Counted from the first letter of the stretch, positions 1-9,053 are shown. The stretch is DNA of 20,000 nucleotides from an uncultured virus (IMG/VR IMGVR_UViG_3300044733_004146) (IMGVR_UViG_3300044733_004146); one strand, 5' to 3'. Translations and numbers: made by a program. Notes: a model not told the origin generated them from the sequence alone.

Positions 1-199
1 AGTGAGAAGCATTGTTTGAAGAGCGAGAAAACAAGCCCATAGAGAGCCAAACAAGAATTGCGGCAGGCCAAAAGGGCACAGACGGCCAGATTGACTGGAC
101 CGCCCATGCCCCTAAACAAGCCGCTCCAAAACTAATGCCTAAAACAATGGCCACTGCCAAAAGGTAGATGGGCCAATCAATAGGCTCGGAGCGCTTCAT
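1..199 (-). CDS. small membrane protein, truncated by window edge (MKRSEPIDWPIYLLAVAIVLG...)
   Basis: Hand-translated. ATG at 199 lies directly after the stop of the upstream gene, and the product has two hydrophobic stretches. Confidence 0.6.
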   Translation of the reverse strand, partial: MKRSEPIDWPIYLLAVAIVLGISFGAACLGAWAVQSIWPSVPFWPAAILVWLSMGLFSRSSNNASH

Positions 200-201
200 G
201 A

Positions 202-486
202 TCAGAACAGATCGTCAGAAGACGAGGAGCGGCTGCTGCTGCCAGCGCCGTTGCCATCGTTCTTCCAGAAGCTGGAATAAGCCTTAGGGCTGTTCTCCAT
301 CTTGTTGACGGTCACTTGCCCTTTGAAATGAGGGGAGGTGTCCTTATCGCGCTTGTCGTTGTCCCACAGCGCCACGCGGAAGCTGTAGTTACCCTGGGCG
401 TTAGGGCCGGCTTTTTTAGCAGCATTAAGAATGTCGGGGGTGAGATCGACAGTGCCGCTAAACACGGGAAGGTTGCCAGAGGGCAT
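202..486 (-). CDS. putative single-stranded DNA-binding protein (small, acidic C-tail)
   Basis: Beta-rich 94-aa protein with a Ser/Gly linker and a DDLF tail typical of SSBs; in an operon with an exonuclease and an annealase. Confidence 0.55.
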   Translation of the reverse strand: MPSGNLPVFSGTVDLTPDILNAAKKAGPNAQGNYSFRVALWDNDKRDKDTSPHFKGQVTVNKMENSPKAYSSFWKNDGNGAGSSSRSSSSDDLF

Positions 487-557
487 TGTTTGTTCCTCAA
501 AGGAGTGTAGTGGGCCCTGGACGGGCTGCTCCAGCTTAAGCCCGTTTCACCAAAAGA

Positions 558-1325
558 CTATGTCCCGCGATCTATAGAAATTGTTAAGGGCATCCCGCCT
601 GGATAGTGGTCGAAGAAATACTGTTGCGTCTTTTGCACCATCAGCCCCGCTTGCATGGCAAGCTCCCCTGCCGACAAGCTCACCACTTGCGCTTCCTGAC
701 CTTTCTCCGTGTCGGGATCATAAATGGCGATGGCGCAATGCGCTTCATTAATTTCAATGTCATACATCTGCTCAATGGCCTGCACATAGGCTCCGAGCTG
801 CATGCGATAATCGGCTAGCTGTGTATCAGGCTTTTGCTTGTAGCTGGTCTTCCAATCGAGCAGCGCATAGTCACCATTATTCATCTTGGCGAGCATGTCA
901 AACGTGCCTGAATAGCCAATTTGTCTGGCATTGTCATACCAAGCGATGGCGCTTTCAATGAGAAGAGGACTATCTACTTTCTCAAGGAACGATGAAATGG
1001 AAGTGAAATAGGGCACGTAGTTTGGATGGGAATCAAGATGACAATTCACATCCTCTCCATTCCATAGATCCTCCAACACGCCATGCAGCCAATTGCCACG
1101 ATCTACGGCATTACGAGTGCGGCGATTCGCTTCCGCATCGCCCACTTTCTTGCGCCAGTTCATGAGCGCCGCAATTTTGCCAGGGGGCGAACACGCGCTC
1201 GCAATAGTCGTCACAGAGGGCAAAACACACCCTCCGGGGACATTGGGAAAATCGTCGCAAACGTAGTATCTCTTTTTGTTGATCTGCAGCCGGTTGGGTT
1301 CGTATCGTGCGAGCTTGGGCATCAT
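558..1325 (-). CDS. PD-(D/E)XK exonuclease (Cas4/MGME1-like phage recombination exonuclease)
   Basis: Motifs LPSVTTI, RGNWLH, YSGTFD, LLDWKTS and QLGAY. The start is probably MMPKL at 1325 (the ORF is open to 1385). Confidence 0.85.
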   Translation of the reverse strand: MMPKLARYEPNRLQINKKRYYVCDDFPNVPGGCVLPSVTTIASACSPPGKIAALMNWRKKVGDAEANRRTRNAVDRGNWLHGVLEDLWNGEDVNCHLDSHPNYVPYFTSISSFLEKVDSPLLIESAIAWYDNARQIGYSGTFDMLAKMNNGDYALLDWKTSYKQKPDTQLADYRMQLGAYVQAIEQMYDIEINEAHCAIAIYDPDTEKGQEAQVVSLSAGELAMQAGLMVQKTQQYFFDHYPGGMPLTISIDRGT

Positions 1326-1357
1326 GAGCCTGTTTAGACACAGATCGTAACAGGCCA

Positions 1358-1600
1358 TCAGCGGCTGCCATAGCTCTTCGTGCAATAATTTCCATTTTGG
1401 TACGTATTAAGCGGACAGCTTGCACCCGGCGATGCTGGTATCGACCATTTGGTGCGATTACCGTAGCTTGGCACGCAATATCCAGACGAGGAATAGTAGC
1501 CAAGAGGGCAACTATTGCCACTTTGCTGAATAGGAAATGTTTGCGCCAATGCGGAGAATGGCGCTGCTGCAATGCAGCAAATGGCGAGAATAGTTTTCAT
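1358..1600 (-). CDS. secreted Cys-rich small protein with duplicated CPxxYxxxxxYC motif
   Basis: Signal peptide MKTILAICCIAAAPFSALA, followed by SCPLGYYSSSGYC and SCPLNTYQNGNYC. Confidence 0.7.
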   Translation of the reverse strand: MKTILAICCIAAAPFSALAQTFPIQQSGNSCPLGYYSSSGYCVPSYGNRTKWSIPASPGASCPLNTYQNGNYCTKSYGSR

Positions 1601-1917
1601 TTTTCGTTTACGTCCCAAAAGTAATCGCAGCCTTCTTCAGTGAATGGCGGCGTGCCGAAATAGCTTTGCCAACGATCAGCAGGCGCGAGATAACGCCAAC
1701 AATTTTCGCGGACAGGACATTCGCCCCCTTCGCACATTGCAATGTCAGGCATGAGGATTTTGTTTGAAATTTGAGCAAGGTATTGGCGATCCACAAGAGG
1801 ATCGTCAGCAAGAACTTTGAAAACAGCAGCAATGCGAAGATCGCTACTGAGGCCATCGTCAGGCCAATTCCAAAATGCCTCGTGGCATTTGTCAAGGAGG
1901 GCTTCATGATTCTTCAT
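1597..1917 (-). CDS. hypothetical phage protein with C-terminal Cys-rich domain (DIAMC..CP..CWRY..QSYF..C.YFW)
   Basis: ORF track; overlaps its neighbours by a few bases in the operon; Cys pattern familiar from phage hypothetical proteins. Confidence 0.7.
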   Translation of the reverse strand: MKNHEALLDKCHEAFWNWPDDGLSSDLRIAAVFKVLADDPLVDRQYLAQISNKILMPDIAMCEGGECPVRENCWRYLAPADRWQSYFGTPPFTEEGCDYFWDVNEK

Positions 1918-2131
1918 GAACGATGGTTGATGGGCGAATACTTTCCATTTCTTCTAGAACGGCAGCAAAACCATCAATAATGTTGCTGTCGCAAAAGCCA
2001 GCCCCACGGAGGAAGTGGGAAAAGTTTTCAATCACTTCACGACAAAAATTAGTGTCGGAAGTCATGGTTAAATGGAGATCGCCTTCGCGATAGCCATAAG
2101 TCCATTTTCCTATCGGGAAATCATGGTCCAT
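1904..2131 (-). CDS. hypothetical phage protein (F..FLRGAGF motif)
   Basis: ORF track; fits the operon packing. Confidence 0.65.
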   Translation of the reverse strand: MDHDFPIGKWTYGYREGDLHLTMTSDTNFCREVIENFSHFLRGAGFCDSNIIDGFAAVLEEMESIRPSTIVHEES

Positions 2132-2244
2132 AGCAAATAAACGAGGAGGGCAACGATAAGGGCAATGAGAAAAACCAAAAGGAAAAGTCCTAATGGGTCA
2201 TGAGCCAAATAAGGCGGAAGGAGATTCAGAAATGGGAAGTCCAT
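2110..2244 (-). CDS. 44-aa single-pass membrane protein (MDFPFLNLLPPYLAHDPLGLFLLVFLIALIVALLVYLLWTMISR)
   Basis: Hand-translated and below the ORF-track cutoff. It fills the operon gap and has a long hydrophobic helix. Confidence 0.55.
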   Translation of the reverse strand: MDFPFLNLLPPYLAHDPLGLFLLVFLIALIVALLVYLLWTMISR

Positions 2245-2301
2245 CGCTGTCTAAGCACAAGGATCCAGCAAAGGCCCGCGCAAGGCGGGCCGCTGCCAGG
2301 T

Positions 2302-3243
2302 CTATTGCTTTTTTGCGACGAACGCTGCCACTTTGGCTGCCATCTCGTCCACTGTTGTGGCCGCAATGATGATGTCCAGCTCAGCTCGCATATCGGCCTT
2401 AGTAATGCGAATTTGCTGGTCCTTCGCCCAGAGGGTGACCATGGCAGAAACAACATTGCCAAAATGCTGCCAGCTCTTGATTTCCGTGGCGCGGGTCATG
2501 CCAAGTGTGTCAAGGGCAGCTTTGCCAGCAGTGAGGCTGCGCTGTTCATCTTGGTAGCCCAGCGGATCGGCTTTGCAGAAGCTTGTCAGGGCCTCTTTGG
2601 CATCGAAAGCGGCGGCAGGAGCTGCCTCTGCTCCAGCATCAGCAGCATCTGCTGCAACTGGCGCTTCCTTCTTGCTTCCCCGCGTTGCAGGCTTCGGAGT
2701 TTCCTGTTGGAGCGCGAGTTTGGTCGTTGCTTTTTCATCTTCCTTGGGAATGTCCTCGCCTGCATAAAGACGCAGGCCGAGGCCAGTGAAGGTGGCAATA
2801 CACTTAACGGCAGCACGCTGGCAGTTGTCGCTGATAGCGCGACCATCAAGCTGTTGGATGGCATTGTGCTTGCGGTCCATCACGGGAAAGATCAGCGCCA
2901 CTGTGCGCTTGATGCCGTCCGTCAAATAAGGGCGCAGATAATAGTAGCCAGGTCCGCCAAACACCACTTCGCCAATGGTCTTTTCTTCAAAAGCCACGAA
3001 GAGGGCGGGGAAATGCTCCTTGAGGTAGCGGTAGGCAAATGGCCACGACAGATAGGACAGGCCCTTGTAATCCTTTTCGATGTGGGGGCCAATGTCAGGG
3101 GTGTCGTAAGCCTTCTTGAATTCACCAGCAGTGATTTCCAGAGGGGCGAACACACCGTTGTAGCGATCCATCATTGCTTGTTTGGAAAAGTCGTCCATTT
3201 GGGAAAAGTCGGAAGGAGAATAAAGCGTAAAGGAACTGGTCAT
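2302..3243 (-). CDS. single-strand annealing protein, DUF1071/Sak3-like (Rad52 superfamily)
   Basis: YLSWPFAYRYLKEHFP, PVMDRKHNAI and QRAAVKCIA..GLGLRLYAGEDIP motifs, followed by an Ala/Pro linker and a C-terminal extension. Confidence 0.85.
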   Translation of the reverse strand: MTSSFTLYSPSDFSQMDDFSKQAMMDRYNGVFAPLEITAGEFKKAYDTPDIGPHIEKDYKGLSYLSWPFAYRYLKEHFPALFVAFEEKTIGEVVFGGPGYYYLRPYLTDGIKRTVALIFPVMDRKHNAIQQLDGRAISDNCQRAAVKCIATFTGLGLRLYAGEDIPKEDEKATTKLALQQETPKPATRGSKKEAPVAADAADAGAEAAPAAAFDAKEALTSFCKADPLGYQDEQRSLTAGKAALDTLGMTRATEIKSWQHFGNVVSAMVTLWAKDQQIRITKADMRAELDIIIAATTVDEMAAKVAAFVAKKQ

Positions 3244-3500
3244 TCGTAAATAGTGCGTTTCTCTTTGGCGTCATCGCCATAGAACAGGACAAACTTCTGT
3301 TCTATTTCTTCGTTGGGGAAAACGAGAGAGCATCCTGGCAAAGGCCAATCCGGCACCACGCGAACATCATTAATGGGCTCTTCGTAGTCGGGGTTGTAGC
3401 CCTCTTCAAAGCAACCAAGCTCCCAAACTAGTTTGACTTCTCCATCGCCATGGGAAATCAAAAACTGTTCGGCTGCGTTTTTAAGCTGAGAAACTTTCAT
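3240..3500 (-). CDS. hypothetical protein (MKVSQLKNAAEQF...)
   Basis: ATG at 3500 overlaps the end of the upstream ORF; the stop overlaps the annealase start (ATGA). Confidence 0.65.
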   Translation of the reverse strand: MKVSQLKNAAEQFLISHGDGEVKLVWELGCFEEGYNPDYEEPINDVRVVPDWPLPGCSLVFPNEEIEQKFVLFYGDDAKEKRTIYE

Positions 3501-3810
3501 CGTCAGCAAGCAGAGAATCAGGGGAGTTGTTGAGGGAGACGGCATAGTCCTCAATCAAAGAGAACGCACCATCCGCGAGAGTGGCGCTGCCTTCCCAAAC
3601 GGGGGTGGAACGCACAAGACGCTCCATGGTTTCGCTCAGGGACAGACGCGCCTCATGGGCGATGTTGGTGAGATGGAGAAAGGCGGTGTCAGTCATCGTG
3701 AAATGACGCCCTTTCTTGGTCTCCCCGTAGCCAGGTGGTTTTACGGGCAATGCAATCATGGCCAGCATGGACAACGTGGCCATGTTAGCCATAGTTCCCT
3801 GGGGCGTCAA
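3481..3810 (-). CDS. ribbon-helix-helix (CopG-like) DNA-binding protein; true start likely nearer 3759-3768
   Basis: KKGRHFTMTDTAFLHLTNIAHEARLSLSETMERLVR fits the strand-helix-helix RHH pattern; first gene of the leftward operon. Confidence 0.6.
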   Translation of the reverse strand: MTPQGTMANMATLSMLAMIALPVKPPGYGETKKGRHFTMTDTAFLHLTNIAHEARLSLSETMERLVRSTPVWEGSATLADGAFSLIEDYAVSLNNSPDSLLADDESFSA

Positions 3811-3901
3811 CCACGGGCTTTCTGAAGCTCGCCTTAAGAAACAGCAGGGGGCTTACAGGACGGCTTTTTCCTGCTAGAACCGCCCTATCTCTTGCTACGC
3901 C

Positions 3902-5866
3902 ATGGCATTTTCTATTCTGGAGCACCTCGGCAAACTGGAGCCCAGCGATCACGCAGGCAAATATATCTGCCCAGCATGCGACGGAAACGACTTTTCCGTC
4001 AACGAAGAAACCGGCGCATACAACTGTTTCAACGACACCTCTGCCAAACATCGCGCTGAAATACGCAACGCCATCGCGCCATTAGAACGATGGGAGCGTC
4101 CGCAGCGCCCCTATCAAAGATATACTTTTCCCTACGCAAACCGTGACGGCGCAACGGTTCTGGAGGTGGTGCGCGACGATTCGTCGGGCAAGAAAAGCAT
4201 TCGCCAGCAATATCCAACCATTCCCTCTGATGTACAAAAACGCAAGAAAGTAATTGATGAAATTAGAACAAACATACTGCCCTATCGCTATCAAGAAGCC
4301 CTTGATTTTTCTAAGGCAAATAGTCTTCCAATCTTTGTTGTTGAAGGCGAATTGTGTTGTGACAGGCTTTGGGAAGTAGGGCTTCCTGCTGTTACTTTTC
4401 TTGGTGGCAGTGGGCAATATCGAAGCAACGGTGACTATTCTTTACTGTTTCGCCAGCACCAATTAGTTCTTTGCCCAGATCGTGATGAGCCTGGCGTTGC
4501 GCTCATGCGCGAAGTGGCGGCTGATAATCCTGGCTCACAGTGGCTCTATGCGGAGCCGGACAGTTTTGAATGGGAAAGCCTGCCACAAAACGGCGGCTAT
4601 GACATGGCCGATTGGTTGGATGACGGTGCCGACCAAGAACTGATTCTTGCCTCCATCGTCTTTAAAGACCGGCACGAAGGCCGCGACGGGCGGCCCTCTT
4701 TTGAGGAGATTATCGCCACATTTGAACGCATGGTTGGCCTTTACAACAACGATGCGAGAGTAATTTTTGAAGCGAGAGAGTGGCTAACGCTTCATGAAGT
4801 GAAGATGCCAGCCACGGAAGTGGAGAAGCTCCTGGCTGAAGCAAGGTCTCGCGTGCATGGCCGCGAGGAGATGGAAGTGATGGACGCCAAGACCATCGCC
4901 ATGTCTGAAGATTCTCGCGCTTGGACCATTGCAGGCATCCTGCCGGAGAGCAGCGTCATGCTGCTGGCTGCAGCGCCTGGTAGCGGCAAGAGCACGCTTC
5001 TGTACAACTGGGCATTGCACGTTGCCACTGGCTCTCCATGGAGCCGTCGCCGTTGCAAGAAAGGCAAATCTCTCATCATTCAATGCGACGAGCCAGTGGT
5101 CGATGCTGCAGAAAAGATGCAAATTATTGGCTACGACGACAACGAAAATTTAGACAAGGGCGACATTGGTTTTATTGACCGCTGGCGCTTCAATAACATC
5201 CCTCAGCTTTTGTCTTATATCAAAAAGCATCGCCCGCAGCTCATCATGATTGACAGTCTCACCTCCTGCCTTGCTGGCATGGACGTGGATTTGATTCGCT
5301 CTGACGCTGGTAATTGCATTTACGAACTCCGTGACATTGCCAATGAATATGAATGCAGCATTGTCATCCTTCACCACTTAAACAAAAGTGGTGGCATTCG
5401 TGACAGTTCCAGTTTTGAGGCCAACGTCAGCGAAGTGGTCAAACTGTATCGGCAGGACAACAATTACGACACGACGCAGTTCATCTTTGAATGGACGAAG
5501 AGCCGAAGTGGCCTGGCTGGGAAGCATTTCCTACGGCGAGACCCAGCTACGTATGGTTGGTTTTATGAAGGGCCAGTCAATGGCGGCAGGGATGATCTTG
5601 ATCGTTTGGTGCAGGCCGTTGACACGCAGAACACGCGACGGTTTGACCGCATGGCATTGTCCCGGCACGTAAGCAGCTTTGATAGCAATTTGGCTGGCCG
5701 TCTTGCTGAACAGGCCCGCCGTCAAGGGCTGTTAACTAGCAGCTTTAACGTGGGTCCGAATGGTGAGCGCACCCGCCTCTACCAATCATGGAACTATAAA
5801 GAAGAAGATTTCACTGTTGCCGCTGCTCCTGAACCTATCGTTGAAGACGACGATATCTGGTTCTAG
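3902..5866 (+). CDS. primase-helicase: Zn-finger + TOPRIM + RecA-like AAA_25 ATPase
   Basis: CPACD..C Zn-binding region, VVEGE and CPDRD TOPRIM motifs, Walker A AAPGSGKS, Walker B IMIDS, ILHHLNK, and an acidic tail DDDIWF. Confidence 0.9.
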   Translation: MAFSILEHLGKLEPSDHAGKYICPACDGNDFSVNEETGAYNCFNDTSAKHRAEIRNAIAPLERWERPQRPYQRYTFPYANRDGATVLEVVRDDSSGKKSIRQQYPTIPSDVQKRKKVIDEIRTNILPYRYQEALDFSKANSLPIFVVEGELCCDRLWEVGLPAVTFLGGSGQYRSNGDYSLLFRQHQLVLCPDRDEPGVALMREVAADNPGSQWLYAEPDSFEWESLPQNGGYDMADWLDDGADQELILASIVFKDRHEGRDGRPSFEEIIATFERMVGLYNNDARVIFEAREWLTLHEVKMPATEVEKLLAEARSRVHGREEMEVMDAKTIAMSEDSRAWTIAGILPESSVMLLAAAPGSGKSTLLYNWALHVATGSPWSRRRCKKGKSLIIQCDEPVVDAAEKMQIIGYDDNENLDKGDIGFIDRWRFNNIPQLLSYIKKHRPQLIMIDSLTSCLAGMDVDLIRSDAGNCIYELRDIANEYECSIVILHHLNKSGGIRDSSSFEANVSEVVKLYRQDNNYDTTQFIFEWTKSRSGLAGKHFLRRDPATYGWFYEGPVNGGRDDLDRLVQAVDTQNTRRFDRMALSRHVSSFDSNLAGRLAEQARRQGLLTSSFNVGPNGERTRLYQSWNYKEEDFTVAAAPEPIVEDDDIWF

Positions 5867-5876
5867 TCAATAGTGA

Positions 5877-5900
5877 GGGAGGCTCTGTAGCTAGCCTCCC
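5877..5900 (+). terminator. stem-loop after primase-helicase
   Basis: GGGAGGCT-8nt-AGCCTCCC. There is no U-tract, so terminator function is uncertain. Confidence 0.4.
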
Positions 5901-5955
5901 CGCCGTCTACCGCAGCGGACGACTTATTAGATTGTAAGAAATATTTGTCATTGCC

Positions 5956-6114
5956 ATGAAGATTACTTGGAACGATGAGCCAACGGCGCCTGAAGCGCCG
6001 TTTTTTGCTGCACCTCAAGCGGAAGAAGAACTAGAGCCTCTCGATGAAGAGGAAGAGGAGGAAGAGGAGGATTCGCCAGCGTGCTCCTGGCGGGGACAGG
6101 GCTTTGGCTCTTGA
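5956..6114 (+). CDS. 52-aa highly acidic protein (MKITWNDEP...LDEEEEEEEEDS...QGFGS)
   Basis: Hand-translated. GCC-ATG start; the poly-Glu run uses mixed GAA/GAG codons. Confidence 0.6.
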   Translation: MKITWNDEPTAPEAPFFAAPQAEEELEPLDEEEEEEEEDSPACSWRGQGFGS

Positions 6115-6244
6115 GCGTGTGCCATTCTGAGCACTGGCACAATTGCGCTTGGCCGGTGTGCTTATAGTGGTTCCGGAAAGTCCCGCGAGTAACCACTCAC
6201 CAAAGCGAGCTTCTCCAGCCTCCCTGGCCTTCTAGACCAAGCGT

Positions 6245-6362
6245 AGCCCCCAAGGGCGGAGCGCTCCAGACCCAGGCCAAAACTCCCTAAAAACAACGGG
6301 CTAGACGAGGCCATAAACCTCCGCCAGGCCGGTCAAGACATAGTGGAGCCCCCAAGGGCGGA
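6245..6362 (+). repeat. two exact 16-bp copies AGCCCCCAAGGGCGGA (6245-6260, 6347-6362)
   Basis: Read directly in an intergenic region; each copy contains a GCCC-CCAA-GGGC hairpin. Confidence 0.85.
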
Positions 6363-6437
6363 ACGTGCAGGACAAAGGCCAAAGAAGCCTTCAAACAAAA
6401 ATCCTGCTACTAGCATTGCAACGATTAATTCCAAACA

Positions 6438-6671
6438 ATGCTTAACGCTCCGCGCTCTGTTGACCACTTGCCCTTGCTAGTGCATAACGGAGTGGAAATT
6501 CAGCCAATTATTCATTACGGCTTTTCATCGCCTAATAAAGGGCCACGTCCAGCTTCTCGCACTCTCTATGGAGCACGCGATAACAATGGAGAGCGCCATT
6601 GGCGCTCTAGTCTTGACGAAATTCAACAATTAATAGATAAAGGCTTTGCTATTGACAATGCTGAGCAATGA
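6438..6671 (+). CDS. hypothetical protein
   Basis: ORF track; ATG start; the stop overlaps the next ATG. Confidence 0.7.
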   Translation: MLNAPRSVDHLPLLVHNGVEIQPIIHYGFSSPNKGPRPASRTLYGARDNNGERHWRSSLDEIQQLIDKGFAIDNAEQ

Positions 6672-6826
6672 CCAAGCTTTCTGCTGATGAAATTAATCGT
6701 CTCATTGACGAAAAAATTCGCCAGCACGAAATTAGAGTGGCTCTGACAAGCGGCGCTATTGGCGCCGCTCTTTTTCTAGGCATCTTTCATGCCATTGGTT
6801 TATTGAATCATGACCTTCGCCCCTGA
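6668..6826 (+). CDS. 52-aa membrane protein (MTKLSADEINRLIDEKIRQHEIRVALTSGAIGAALFLG...)
   Basis: Hand-translated; ATGA overlap; C-terminal transmembrane helix. Confidence 0.65.
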   Translation: MTKLSADEINRLIDEKIRQHEIRVALTSGAIGAALFLGIFHAIGLLNHDLRP

Positions 6827-6992
6827 ATTTCCGGCATCCCAAGAGTTGTCTGATAATGAATGGCAAGAACTTTGCAAATTGAAAGCTGCCATTGATGAAG
6901 CTCCGGCCACTGTCGTGGCCTCGCAAATGGAACGTTTCACTGAGCTATTCGTGCGTACTCTCCATGGAAAGGGAGATACAATGCATGGATGA
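6810..6992 (+). CDS. hypothetical protein
   Basis: ORF track; fits the operon packing. Confidence 0.65.
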   Translation: MTFAPEFPASQELSDNEWQELCKLKAAIDEAPATVVASQMERFTELFVRTLHGKGDTMHG

Positions 6993-7004
6993 ATAGAAAA
7001 GCGT

Positions 7005-7754
7005 ATGGCACGGCCTGAGATTACGTTTGGCAGTCCAGAAGAGGAGCTTGAATATGCTTCCAATGCATTGAAGAAAGCTGGTATTTCTGAAAGCCAGTTT
7101 GAAGCAGTTCGTGACACGCAAGTGCATGGTGGTACTGGTGCAGCAGGCTATAGCAAAGATATGCTTGGCCTTAGGCGATGGATGGTGCAAGAATTATTGG
7201 CGGCGTCAATGAGCAATCGCCAGATTGCGAATGTTCTGAAGCTAAGTAAAGAAACAGTCAATGGTGACAGGAAGTTTAATCGCCTGCTTTATACAGAAGA
7301 AATTTTGAAGAATCAAGACGTGCATCGAGCACGTCTTCTTAAAGAGCAAATGGACCTTAAGGACATGGCCCTACAAAGCTTTGAGAATAGTAAAAAGAAA
7401 CGAATTATTACAATGTCTGACAATAACGGGCAAAGTAATGAAACAGTGAGGCTTGAGGAAACTGCTGGTGATTCAGCATTTTTGACAGTGGCAAAAAATA
7501 GTCTCGTAGAACAGGCCAAGCTATTGGGCCTCCATGAGGCCCGGCCAGCAGAACAGCAAGACACCAGCTACAGAAAATTCCTCCAGGATTTGTCCACAAC
7601 CATTCAAAAAGAAAAAGAATCTAAAGCTACAGAGGAACGCAGGGAGAATGCCCTGCCCGCCAGTGCAGAGGCTATCAGTTTCGACCCATCGCCAGAAAAC
7701 GAGCCATGGCCCGAGACGATGCCTTTACAAACAATTAATGAAGATGACTATTGA
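7005..7754 (+). CDS. HTH DNA-binding protein, possibly terminase small subunit-like
   Basis: HTH MSNRQIANVLKLSKETVNGD, a coiled-coil middle, AKLLGL motif and disordered acidic tail. Confidence 0.55.
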   Translation: MARPEITFGSPEEELEYASNALKKAGISESQFEAVRDTQVHGGTGAAGYSKDMLGLRRWMVQELLAASMSNRQIANVLKLSKETVNGDRKFNRLLYTEEILKNQDVHRARLLKEQMDLKDMALQSFENSKKKRIITMSDNNGQSNETVRLEETAGDSAFLTVAKNSLVEQAKLLGLHEARPAEQQDTSYRKFLQDLSTTIQKEKESKATEERRENALPASAEAISFDPSPENEPWPETMPLQTINEDDY

Positions 7755-7779
7755 CAGGCATGGCTAGCCTGTGCATACT
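7751..7779 (+). promoter_or_regulatory. sigma70 promoter
   Basis: TTGACA-17nt-CATACT upstream of the ORF at 7800. Confidence 0.7.
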
Positions 7780-7799
7780 GCCATAGTTGCCAGATCCTC

Positions 7800-8225
7800 T
7801 TGGACTCTTCCTTCTCCACCGTCAATGACTTCCTGCGCCAGGCAACCGATGCCAAGGCCAGTAAAAAGGAGGCTATCGCCTCCTCCATCTCCCCTCACCT
7901 ACAGGATCCTGGTACTGTTGGCGTGCCTCCTAAGTTTGCCAGGAGCATTGACCATCTTGTTAGTAACTATGGCGATGAAGCCTATCGGCAAATTGCGTTA
8001 TTTGCCCTTGGTAAGTGGTTTGAGGCCCATACTGAAGCAGCAGAGGATCTCTTTGACAATAGTCAGCTTTCCGAAGCCTGTGCTTGCTTGATGGACGCCA
8101 CGCGCATCAGCGACAGTCTTCATCTTGTTTGTGAAGTGGGCAGTCTTGGCGGCAGTGAAGACTGGAAGGAAATGCTGGAGAAAGAAATCAGTCAGGCCAT
8201 TTTGGAAGACATTGAAGAGCGATGA
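7800..8225 (+). CDS. hypothetical helical protein (TTG start)
   Basis: ORF track; promoter just upstream; ATGA overlap with the next gene. Confidence 0.7.
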   Translation: MDSSFSTVNDFLRQATDAKASKKEAIASSISPHLQDPGTVGVPPKFARSIDHLVSNYGDEAYRQIALFALGKWFEAHTEAAEDLFDNSQLSEACACLMDATRISDSLHLVCEVGSLGGSEDWKEMLEKEISQAILEDIEER

Positions 8226-8386
8226 ACGTCTGTCGCACCTTCCTGATCATCACTGCTGACGGCCAGCGCATTGCCCTTGGAGCCATTTCTCCTAAACAGG
8301 CAGAGCACTTCCTGGCCGTTATACGGCCTGATTTGAAGGTGGCATTGGTGGAAGAAATTAAACCATTGCCAGAGCCTGAGCTGTGA
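8222..8386 (+). CDS. 54-aa hypothetical (MNVCRTFLIITADGQRIALG...)
   Basis: Hand-translated; start and stop overlap neighbours on both sides. Confidence 0.65.
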   Translation: MNVCRTFLIITADGQRIALGAISPKQAEHFLAVIRPDLKVALVEEIKPLPEPEL

Positions 8387-8568
8387 TGCGCCTTTCTTTT
8401 CATTGCAACAGCACAACTGGCCATCTCCGTATTGGCAAGCTATGCATGGTCTGGCGAAATGCAGTGCCTAGCGGCACTTTCATCTATGGGAATGGTTATG
8501 AGCATCTTTACAATTGTTTTGGCGAAACTTCCCTATCCTGGGGCAATCGTTCTTTTCTTTTCCATTGA
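8386..8568 (+). CDS. hypothetical protein
   Basis: TGATG overlap; fills the operon gap. Confidence 0.55.
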   Translation: MRLSFHCNSTTGHLRIGKLCMVWRNAVPSGTFIYGNGYEHLYNCFGETSLSWGNRSFLFH

Positions 8569-8571
8569 ACA

Positions 8572-8973
8572 ATGGACGGGCAACTAGCGCTCCTGACGGA
8601 GCTTGTTCCAACAGTGCATATATGCATCCCTCCTGAACTGGAAGAAGATGCTAGGGCATTAGCTGCAGAAAACCCGCCCATTCATCCTGCATGGGCTAAG
8701 GCCAAGCGTCGTGGCCGGCATTTTGTCATCAGCACCAACAATCTCGATGACATTTCGGAGATCGCAGACTTTGCTCGCTGCTGCATCGAGGAACCGGCTG
8801 CTCCCCTAACGAAGGCTAAGCGGCAGGCCCTCCAGATCCTCCTAGACAGGGCTTATAGACATGCTGAGCTGGAGCCTATGGGGCATTGCCATTGCATGGC
8901 CGTGAAGTGGCGGGAGAAGCCGCTGAGCACTGGCGTAGTGGCTAAACACTTGCGGAGCAATAAGAAACGCTAA
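8572..8973 (+). CDS. hypothetical protein
   Basis: ORF track, 133 aa. Confidence 0.7.
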   Translation: MDGQLALLTELVPTVHICIPPELEEDARALAAENPPIHPAWAKAKRRGRHFVISTNNLDDISEIADFARCCIEEPAAPLTKAKRQALQILLDRAYRHAELEPMGHCHCMAVKWREKPLSTGVVAKHLRSNKKR

Positions 8974-9014
8974 TCATTGCAGGGCTTGACGAGGAAATGG
9001 CTGGCCTGTAAATT
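8960..9014 (+). promoter_or_regulatory. LysR-type box + sigma70 promoter
   Basis: ATAAG-AAACG-CTAAT (8960-8974), an 11-nt gap, then TTGACG-17nt-TAAATT. Confidence 0.7.
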
Positions 9015-9053
9015 GCCAGCAAGCAAGACCGATCTTGCCTCGTTTTTCAAACC

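Noticed and set aside
2200..3249. 349-aa plus-strand ORF
   Set aside because: Antisense shadow of the DUF1071 annealase.
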